Source: Octopus sinensis
Lineage: Eukaryota
Assembly: GCF_006345805.1 (NCBI RefSeq)
Contig: NW_021828721.1
Location: 1-7,854 of the forward strand
Direction: 5' to 3'
Length of the DNA: 7,854 bases
Under the pieces are notes generated by a model that made no database searches, had not been told where the DNA came from, and worked only from the letters and a program-made list of their open reading frames with translations. Within the stretch, counting starts at the first letter, position 1, and each line of letters starts with the position of its first letter. Below are positions 1 to 7,166 of this stretch, one piece after another. The position numbers and the translations under genes were made by a program.

Positions 1-169
1 CATATATACAACGGGTTTCTTTCAGTTTCCATCTACCAACTCCACTCACAAGGTTGGTTGGCCAAGGCTATAGTAGAAGACACGTGCCCAAGGTGCCACG
101 CAGTGGGAACTGAACCCGGAACTATGTTATTGGTAAGCAAGCTACTTACCACACAGCCACTCCTACGCC
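1..169 (-). mobile_element. tRNA-derived SINE family A (octopus OK/OR-type), 5' half, cut by window edge
   Basis: Reverse complement reads GGCGTAGGAGTGGCTGTGTGGTAAGTAGCTTGC...GGGTTCAGTTCCCACTGCGTGGCACCTTGGGC..., with Pol III A-box-like TGGCTGTGTGG and B-box-like GGTTCAGTTCC. It aligns by eye with the copies at 1221 and 2285. Confidence 0.9.
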
Positions 170-364
170 TGACGAAAAAGATTTTGTGTTTTATCTCATT
201 ATGCTTGGTGGCGCATAATGAAGGCCACATAAGTATTAAGACAATGTGTATGTTGAGAAATTGTAACTCAGTGTCGTCTGGGCGTACATTTTGTTGTCAC
301 AAGCTTCAATGTGAAAATAAATTGAAGTAGTCAACGCTAATGAGCTGGCCTAGACTTAAGCTTG

Positions 365-636
365 TCACGAGATTTAGGACTTGTAAGTCCAGAGCTCAAC
401 CCGGATTCTATGGCATATAAACGACCGGGGTCACAACTGTCTTACCCTCCTTGAAGGGGATGCTGGTCTGTTCCAGGGATAACTTCCCACTTATTGCTGG
501 AACCCATTTACAATGGAGCGGGCTGGAACAATGTGAGATGAAGTGTTATGTCCAAGAACACAAATCACCGTTCGGAATCGAAACCATGGTCTTACCATCG
601 TGAGTGCAACACGCTCCTTACTACGCCACGCATCTC
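365..636 (-). mobile_element. old, diverged tRNA-derived CORE-like SINE
   Basis: Minus strand shows A-box-like GTGGCGTAGTAAGG, B-box-like GGTTTCGATTCC and CORE-like TGTGTTCTTGGACATAACACTT...TGTAAATGGG. These are followed by CCCTGGAACAGACCAGCATCCC...GTCGTTTATATGCCATAGAATCCGGGTTGAGCTC, resembling invertebrate SINE 3' parts (from memory). Boundaries are approximate. Confidence 0.65.
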
Positions 637-1139
637 AACCTTATGAGCCCTAGCAAAAATTCTATTTCATCTGCAATAAGGCTCGTGGTAGAGATTCATG
701 GGAACGACAGATGTTTCTTGGGGCTTAACATAACAAGTTTATGAAGATATTTTATTTCAGACAATTCCACAGCACCATACCTTGTAACGGTTTAGCATGA
801 TATACAAATATGGCGATTTATTTTAATGTTATTTCAGTTGCGTAGAACGAATGGTTTTAAAATAATGTTTCTTTCATTGCCAGTTTTAAGACATAACCAC
901 CTCCATTTTGATAGGTTTCGATGAGCGATTTTTACAATTACACATTTCAGCTGGGGTCCCTTTCGTATATTCTTTCTCACTTGGCAAATTTATATTTCGC
1001 CATTTACTGCAATTTTCCAAAGAACTTTACTGCCAAGTCACTAATATTCTTTTCTGACTTAAATCCTAAATTCCTTTACTGTTTCATAATTATATCCCGC
1101 GTTTCAGCGTCCGGCGGATGATCTATATTCTTTTTCATT

Positions 1140-1194
1140 GGCAGTGCACCAGCATGGCCACAGTCTTAGGGCTGAAACGTGTAAAAAGATAAAA
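1140..1194 (+). mobile_element. isolated 3' tail of SINE family A (or of its partner LINE)
   Basis: GGCAGTGCACCAGCATGGCCACAGTC...CTGAAACGTGTAAAAAGATAAAA matches the 3' ends at ~2570-2623 and ~3170-3219. Confidence 0.8.
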
Positions 1195-1220
1195 TATTCC
1201 CTAGCATATTCTACTATATA

Positions 1221-1610
1221 GGCGCAGGTGTTGTTGTGTAATAAGAGACTTGCTGGTTCTGGGTTCAGTCCCGCTGCATGGCACCTTTGGGAAGTGTCTT
1301 CTTCTATAGCCTTAGGCCGACTAAAGGCTTGTGAGTGCTTTGGTGGACGGAAACTGAAGGAAACCTATGGTATTTATGTGTGCGTGCATTTTTGTGTCTG
1401 TCTCTGTTCCGAACACTGCTTAACAACCGGTGCTGGTTTGTTTACGTTCCCGTAACTTAGGGGTTTGCCCCCAAAAGCCCGTTAGAATAGGTACCAGGCT
1501 TTAAAAAAAATTAATACTGGGGTCGATTCATTCGAATAAAAGAATTCTTCTTTATGGTGGTGCTTCAGCGTAGCCGCAATCTAATGGCAAAAACAAGCGA
1601 AAGATAAAAA
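1221..1610 (+). mobile_element. SINE family A, near full length (~390 bp), diverged
   Basis: Contains the head GGCGCAGG..., B-box GGGTTCAGTCCC, central TG-rich segment, CGTAACTTAG, CTGGGGTCGATT module and the GGTGCTTCAGC...AAAGATAAAA tail. A possible degraded TSD is ATATTCTACTATATA (1206-1220) / ATATTCTGTATAT (1611-1623). Confidence 0.9.
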
Positions 1611-1868
1611 ATATTCTGTATATTTACTCTCAAGAAGCTTGGTCTTCGCCCCACGGTTGTTTCATTTGAATCCAAGCTTACACAGAATCGCGTGTCTGTC
1701 TGGCAAATTCTTCGTGAAAAAGCGAAGTTTGAACAAACGACAACATTAGTGGGAGTTGAGTCAGATAACTTAGACTGCATTTGCCGTTTGCCAGTCAGTT
1801 TTTAGTCATATTTTTTTTAAAACCCGCCTCCCCGTTAAAATTGTTCAAAGTTGTAATGTTTTTTCCAG

Positions 1869-1918
1869 ATTGTTGTACAATGCTGCAAATAAGACATTTT
1901 TCTATAGCAGGAAATATT
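1869..1918 (+). other. candidate 50-nt internal exon of an unidentified host gene
   Basis: Acceptor GTTTTTTCCAG ends at 1868 and donor GTGAGT lies at 1919-1924, in non-repetitive sequence. Two of three frames are open (LLYNAANKTFFYSRKY or CCTMLQIRHFSIAGNI). No homology recognised. Confidence 0.25.
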
Positions 1919-2172
1919 GTGAGTATCCCACAGGAAAAAGGAAAAGAAATTGAAATAATAACCATAATAACGGAGACACCAACAATTATAAAAACTTCTG
2001 TCTGACCTGGCACCCTGTTAGTTTAATCAGCAAAAGGCATTGTGAAAATTTCGTGTGGTTCTGTAGTCTATAACTAATATGTGTGCAATTAGCCTTTATT
2101 TACCGTTTCTTAAGAAATTCATTAGCAATATATTTTACACCCGTAATGATACCTTATACGGATGTAGATTTA

Positions 2173-2203
2173 ATATATATATATATTATATATATATATC
2201 TAC

Positions 2204-2242
<39 letters not shown>

Positions 2243-2277
2243 CATGCATACATACAATTGTGTGTGTATGTGTGTAT
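2173..2277. repeat. compound (AT)n/(ATAC)n/(GT)n microsatellite
   Basis: Directly visible dinucleotide and tetranucleotide runs. Confidence 0.95.
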
Positions 2278-2284
2278 GGGTGTA

Positions 2285-2623
2285 GGTGAAGGCGTGGCTG
2301 TGTGATAAGAAGCTTGCTTCCCAACCACATGGTTCCGGGTTCAGTCCCACTGCGTGGCACCTTGGGCGTCTTCTACTATAGCTTCGGGCCGACCAAGGCC
2401 TTGCGAGTGGATTTGGGAGACAGAAACTGAAAGAAGGTCTTTGTGTCTGCGTTTGTTTCATCAAAATCCCTTGACGAGCGATCGCGGTGTGCTTATGAGA
2501 CCGATAGAATAAGTACTTGGCCTATAAAGAATTCGTCATGGGGTCGATTTCTTCGGCTAAAACTATAAAGGCAGTGCTCCAGCATGGCCGTAGTCAAATG
2601 AATGAAGCGTGTAAGAGAATAAA
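2285..2623 (+). mobile_element. SINE family A with internal deletions
   Basis: Runs from GGCGTGGCTGTGTGATAAGAAGCTTGCTTCCCAACCACATGGTTCCGGGTTCAGTCCCACTGCGTGGCACCTTGGG to GGCAGTGCTCCAGCATGGCCGTAGTCAAATGAATGAAGCGTGTAAGAGAATAAA. It lacks the CGTAACTTAGCGG segment present in the 1221 and 2977 copies. Confidence 0.92.
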
Positions 2624-2780
2624 CTAATATGTATATTATATACTAGCTTTAAAGCTTCATCCCGTGCGGACATTTCTGATAGCTCCTGTGGAGGGCTAAT
2701 TGGGCCTAATAGCATAACTATGAGGTTAAACTGTAGGACTATGATATGTCTAAAATGTCAGCAGTTAAGGACGGATAATA

Positions 2781-2810
2781 GAATAATAGAATGCAAGCAT
2801 TCTATTATTC
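2781..2810. repeat. perfect inverted repeat, 14-bp arms
   Basis: GAATAATAGAATGC-AA-GCATTCTATTATTC. Confidence 0.9.
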
Positions 2811-2931
2811 CAATCCCAATTTGAATACCAACTGTTGGATAACTTGTCTCAAATTTTTATTACAACTTAAAATTAAGGAAGCGAATGCCATTTGTCTCCC
2901 CTTTGATCTCTAACGTCATCTGATAAACGCC

Positions 2932-2975
2932 AACCGAGATAGTACGAATGGGCCAAGCATTTGTACTATCTCGGT

Positions 2976-2976
<1 letters not shown>
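2932..2976. repeat. inverted repeat, 19-bp arms (one G:T), 7-nt loop
   Basis: AACCGAGATAGTACGAATG-GGCCAAG-CATTTGTACTATCTCGGTT. Confidence 0.9.
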
Positions 2977-3010
<34 letters not shown>

Positions 3011-3219
3011 ATACGTTTGTGTGTCTGTGTTTGTTCCCACCAACATCGCTTGAAACCGATGCTAGTGTGTTTACGTCCACGTAACTTAGCGGTTTGGCAA
3101 AAAGACCCCAATAGAATAAGTACTAGGCTTACAAAGAATAAGTCCTGGGGTCGATTTTCCTGACTAAATGCGGTGCTCCAGCACGGCCGCAGTAAATGAC
3201 TGAAACAAGTAAAAGAATA
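2977..3219 (+). mobile_element. SINE family A, 5'-truncated (starts in internal (GT)n)
   Basis: (GT)n at 2981-3009, then TTTGTGTGTCTGTGTTTG...CGTAACTTAGCGG...AGAATAAGTACTAGGCTT...CTGGGGTCGATT...GCGGTGCTCCAGCACGGCCGCAGTAAATGACTGAAACAAGTAAAAGAATA. Confidence 0.92.
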
Positions 3220-3260
3220 TATATATATATATATATATATATGCGACACACACACATATA
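3217..3260. repeat. (AT)n/(AC)n microsatellite
   Basis: Visible runs. Confidence 0.9.
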
Positions 3261-3291
3261 GATGTATATTGGCTAAGTTAAGACGAGTTGG

Positions 3292-3373
3292 TTTTGAACT
3301 CAGAATGCCAAGGGCCGGATGAAATGCGACAGAGGATTTTGTCCGGTGTGCTAACAGTTCTACCTGCTGACCG
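3292..3373 (-). mobile_element. SINE family B, degraded 5' (tRNA-like) fragment
   Basis: TTTGAACTCAGAATG...GAAATG...ATTTTGTCCGGTGTGCTAACAGTTCTACCTGCTGACCG matches the head regions at 4529-4609 and 4762-4841. Confidence 0.75.
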
Positions 3374-3378
3374 ACAAT

Positions 3379-3574
3379 TCTTTCTACTGTAGCCCCAGGA
3401 AAGCCGAAATCTCGTGGAAGGGGACTACTCTACGATATCGACCCCAGTGCTTCACTGGTACTTATTTTATCGACATACAAAGGATGAAAGTCAAAGTCTA
3501 CCTCGACGTGATTTGGGTTCAGTACGTAAAGAGTCGGAAGAAATGACACTAAGCATTTCATCCGACACGTTAAC
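3379..3574 (-). mobile_element. SINE family B, diverged
   Basis: TTTCTACTGTAG...ATCGACCCCAGTGCTTCACTGGTACTTATTTTATCGAC...AGGATGAAAGTCAAAGTC...GAAATGACACTAAGCATTTC. Confidence 0.85.
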
Positions 3575-3583
3575 AACAACAAC

Positions 3584-3649
<66 letters not shown>
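3572..3649. repeat. (AAC)4(AAT)22 trinucleotide microsatellite
   Basis: Perfect run. It is the (ATT)n tail of the minus-strand SINE starting at 3650. Confidence 0.97.
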
Positions 3650-3847
3650 CTTTTCTACTAAAGGCACAAGGCTTGAAACTTTTAGGGAGAGGACTAGTCG
3701 ATTACATCGACCCCAGTGTTCAACTGGTACTTAATGTATCGATCCCAGAAGGATGGAAGGCAAAGCCGACTTCGGTGGAATTTGAACTCACAACGCAGCG
3801 ACGAGTGAAATGTCGCTAAGCATTTCTTTCAGGGTGTTAACGATTCT
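3650..3847 (-). mobile_element. SINE family B
   Basis: CTTTTCTACTAAAGGCACAAGGCTTGAAA...AGTCGATTACATCGACCCCAGTG...GGAATTTGAACTC (B-box GAGTTCAAATTCC on the minus strand)...GCTAAGCATTTC...TAACGATTCT. Confidence 0.9.
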
Positions 3848-4609
3848 TTTTTACTTTAGGCACAAGTCCCGAAATTTTGGGGGATGGGGCCAGTCGATTA
3901 CATCGACCCCATTACGCAACTGGTACTTAATTTATCGACCCTGAAAAGATGAAACGCAAAGTCGACCTCGGTGGTTGCAAAGTCTACCTCAAAACGTAAA
4001 GCCGGACGAAATACCTATTTCTTTATTGCCCACAAGGGGCTAAACATAGAGGGGACAAACAAGTACAGACAAACGGATTGAGTCGATTACATCGAGCCCA
4101 GTGCGTCACTGGTACTTAATTTATCGACCCCGAAAGGATGAAAGGTAAAGTCAACCTCGGCGGAATTTGAACTCAGAACGTAACGGCAGACGAAATACCT
4201 ATTTCTTTACTACCCACAAGGGGCTAAACACGGAGGACAAACAAGGACAGACAAACGGATTAAGTCGATTACATGGACCCCAGTGCGTCACTGGTACTTA
4301 ATTTATCAACCCCGAAAGCATGAAAAGTAAAGTCAACCTCAGCGGAATTTGAACTCAGAACGTAACGGCAGACGAAATACCTATTTTCTTTACTACCCAC
4401 ACAAGGGCTAACACAAGGACAAACAAGGACAGACAAACGGATAAGTCGATTACATGGACCCCAGTGCGTCACTGGTACTTAATTTATCGACCCCGAAAGC
4501 ATGAAAAGTAAAGTCGACCTCGGCGGAATTTGAACTCAGAACGTAACGGCAGACGATATACCGCTAAGCATTTCGCCCGGGGTACTAATGATTCTGCTAG
4601 CTCGCCGCC
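3845..4609 (-). mobile_element. multimeric SINE family B: head (4609-4563) + three ~182-bp units + terminal unit with a different tail (4015-3845)
   Basis: There is a single tRNA-like head, GGCGGCGAGCTAGCAGAATCATTAG, and four B-box-region/body segments. They are joined at identical AAAGAAATA|GGTATTTCGTC junctions. Confidence 0.88.
4016..4562. repeat. tandem repeat of 3 units (4016-4199, 4200-4381, 4382-4562; 184/182/181 bp)
   Basis: Each unit runs TATTT(T)CTTTA...GGACAAACAAG.ACAGACAAACGGAT...CCAGTGCGTCACTGGTACTTAATTTATC...GAACTCAGAACGTAACGGCAGACGA.ATACC. Confidence 0.95.
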
Positions 4610-4612
4610 GTC

Positions 4613-4630
4613 AATAATAATAATAATAAT
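4613..4630. repeat. (AAT)6
   Basis: Perfect run, forming the tail of the SINE at 4631-4841. Confidence 0.9.
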
Positions 4631-4841
4631 CCTTTCTGCTATAGGCACAAGGCTTGAAATTTTAGGGGAGGGGACTAGTCAATTACATAGACCCCAGTGT
4701 TTAACTGGTACTTAATTTATCGATCCTGAGAAGATGAAACGCAAAGTCGACCTCGGCGGAATTTGAACTCAGAACGTAAAGGCAGACGAAACAGCGCTAA
4801 GTCTTTTGCTTGGCGTGCTGACGATACTGCCTGCTCGCCGC
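4631..4841 (-). mobile_element. SINE family B, full-length monomer (~210 bp)
   Basis: Minus strand reads head GCGGCGAGCAGGCAGTATCGTCAGC, B-box GAGTTCAAATTCC, body, and tail CCTTGTGCCTATAGCAGAAAGG followed by (ATT)n. Confidence 0.92.
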
Positions 4842-5299
4842 GTTGATAATAAAATTACGAATAATAGTAACAACAACAACAGCGATAATTCTTTTATTAT
4901 TTTATTAGCCACAAGGGCAACAATACCAATAATGGTAAGTCACATGTTAAGTAATATGAATTATTTTTTTGTATTATAGAATTCTGTGACAGAGCTCATA
5001 CCAAAATAAAAAAATTGTTTTACGTAAACAGCCAAAAATTTTAGTTTGGTAAGTCAAGGCCTCGTTGACTACAGAAAATATTTCGCTGCAAGGTATGTGC
5101 ACTAACAGCGTATGCTGACGTCACCAAATACCAAAAATAATGGTACGCATGTGTACTATTAATGCATGTGTGACAAACAATTGTGTTTTAAAGATGAACC
5201 AATAGTATTTGTGAACTGTTTGTATCTGAGACTGACGACTGCACAATGGAATGACAGAAGAATGGGAGGCGATGAGTTTGATATATCAATGTCTAGGTC

Positions 5300-5515
5300 T
5301 GTGTGTATGCGTGTGTATTTCCACGAATGTATGTTTATATGTCTGTGTGTGTGCATGCATGTATTTATGTATGTATGTATGTATGTGTATAGTGGTGTGT
5401 GTGTGTCTGTGCGTGTGTCTATATATATATATATATACATACACACACACACACACACATATATGTATATATGTATATATACATATACATACATACGTAC
5501 ATATATATACTTATG

Positions 5516-5583
<68 letters not shown>
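5300..5583. repeat. compound (GT)n/(GTAT)n/(AT)n/(AC)n microsatellite
   Basis: Visible low-complexity runs, the source of several spurious ORFs. Confidence 0.95.
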
Positions 5584-5660
5584 GCAATAATAATTCTCTA
5601 AATGAGATATAGACAGTAACTGCTCCATATCATAAGGGACTAAAGCCATCTGAATATGGC

Positions 5661-5693
5661 TATATATATATACATATATATATATATACATAT
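5661..5693. repeat. (AT)n microsatellite
   Basis: Visible run abutting the LINE fragment. Confidence 0.9.
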
Positions 5694-5694
5694 G

Positions 5695-6191
5695 TTATTC
5701 GCCTGGGAAGATTTTGGCATTTATAGGCAGTGACTAGGTGACTGGCTGGTTTCCTGAAGTTAGTATTGCAAATCATAAGGTCATTTACATCGCAGAACTC
5801 CAGCAGCCTGTTTCCCTCCTCATTGCGGGAACCAAAACCATAGCCTCTAAGTACGCCATGGAAGCCTCCTGCATGTTGCCCAATATGTCCATTGAAGGCA
5901 CCAGCCACAAAGAGTAGGTCCCTGTCATTCATCAACGAGGTAATCTGCAAGATGGTGTCATAAAATCGGTGTTTCTGTCCCTCAGGTAACCCCGGCTGAG
6001 CGGGATAGGCCGAGATAATGGTTGCTAACCCACGATGAAGCACTAATCTAATCTTAAGTATTCTGTCTCATACTCTGACTACCTCGATTACCTTATCAAC
6101 CCATTTCTTCGCAGTTCCCTGCCCAGAAAATCTTGTACCTGTGTTCTTTGCCTTTGAGAAACCTAGCGGAACCTTCTCTCCACCTTACTTG
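5695..6191 (-). pseudogene. decayed non-LTR retrotransposon (RTE-like) AP-endonuclease (EEP) domain fragment
   Basis: Minus-strand translation gives QVRWREGSARFLKGKEHRYKIFWAGN / AKKWVDKVIEVVRV*DRILKIRLVL...IISAYPAQ...FVAGAFNGHIG...GYGFGSRNEEGNRLLEFC...LMICNTNFRKPASHLVT / INAKIFPGE. These are typical RTE EN motifs (SAYAPQ, GDFNGH, RNxEGxRLLEFC). The copy has a TGA stop at 6068-6070, a D>A change in GDFN, and frameshifting deletions near 6113 and 5728. Confidence 0.9.
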
Positions 6192-6302
6192 TTATATTTC
6201 GGAATGGTCATATAGCCAGTTTAGCCAAGAAAAACACACGCACTATATATATTTCAACACACAACTTCACATAAAAAATCTTGCACAACAAATATTTAAA
6301 CG

Positions 6303-6406
6303 TATATATATATATATATATATACATATATACATACGTACATATATATGTACATGTATATATATGTGTATGTATGTATGTATGTATGTATGTATGTATG
6401 TATATA
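6303..6406. repeat. (AT)n/(ATAC)n/(GTAT)n microsatellite
   Basis: Visible runs. Provides the left TA target of the transposon. Confidence 0.95.
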
Positions 6407-6439
6407 CAAGGGTGAGACAAAATTTCAAACAAATTTATT

Positions 6440-7123
6440 TTGATATGGGGTAGGACTGCTTTGGCAGTAATTACAGCTTGAATTGTACGAGGTATGGACT
6501 CGTACAAAGTTTGAATTGTTTCCAAAGAAATTTTTGTCCATTCTTCAGCTAAAACAGTCTCCAGTTCTTGTAGTGATGATGGTGGAGGTTATCGACTCCT
6601 TACTTGTTTTTTTCTAAATGCACCATAAATGTTCAAGAATATTGCTATCTGTGGACTGTGGTTGCTAGATAAGATGTTCGACGTCACTAAAATGTTCCTC
6701 GTACGATTCAGTAACAACTTTAGCCGTGTGAAATGCTGGATTATCATACTGAAAGATTGCGTTTACCTCCGGAAACAGTTCCGCAACCATAGCATGAATT
6801 TGATCAGTTAAAATACTTAAATAGCCTTAACTATTAAATCTGCGATGAAGGGAAACCATTGGGCCGGCGGATTTGCAAGATATAGTCCCCCTCCTCCGCC
6901 CCAGATCATCATAGATCGTCCACCATGTTTAAGAGTTGGAAGAAGGCAGTCTGGGTCAAATGCTTCTTTTGTCTGTCTCCGCATATATACTCAGCCGGTG
7001 GTTGGAAAAAAGGTAAACGGATGACTCGTCCGAGAAAATAACATTCCATCACTGCTGTGGGGTTTTACCCAACTCTTGTTTTTTCTTTTCGTTTTCCCGT
7101 GTTTCGTCAAATTAAGCTGCAGA

Positions 7124-7166
<43 letters not shown>

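Noticed and set aside
1635-1679. 8-bp inverted repeat AAGCTTGG...CCAAGCTT
   Set aside because: The arms are short and the spacer long, so it is plausibly chance.
1565-2013. Short ORFs on both strands, and an ATG-less open frame at 1623-1805
   Set aside because: No recognisable motif, and the lengths are within chance expectation.
2285-2360. Genuine tRNA genes at SINE heads
   Set aside because: A/B-box-like motifs are present, but no complete cloverleaf is evident and the heads continue into SINE bodies.
3414-3734. 106-aa ORF with poly-Ile resembling a transmembrane segment
   Set aside because: It is the translation of (AAT)22 flanked by antisense SINE sequence.
4016-4562. Hammerhead ribozyme / retrozyme interpretation of the ~182-bp tandem units
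   Set aside because: CGAAA is present, but I found no CTGANGA core on either strand. The units are explained by SINE homology.
3292-4841. CRISPR array
   Set aside because: The repeats are ~180-210 bp with no unique spacers, and the context is eukaryotic.
4909-4934. 26-nt micro-exon (TTATTAG|...ATG|GTAAGT)
   Set aside because: TTTATTAGCCACAAGGGC resembles the SINE-B tail (TTTATTGCCCACAAGGGGC) next to an AAT-rich tract, so it is more likely a truncated tail.
5159-5691. ORFs of 61-148 aa on both strands
   Set aside because: They are YI/CV/HT-rich translations of microsatellites. The same applies to the ORFs at 2079-2464, 2860-3255 and 6133-6453.
7091-7166. Functional rRNA gene / rDNA unit
   Set aside because: It is only 76 nt, mutated at invariant positions and embedded in a transposon.
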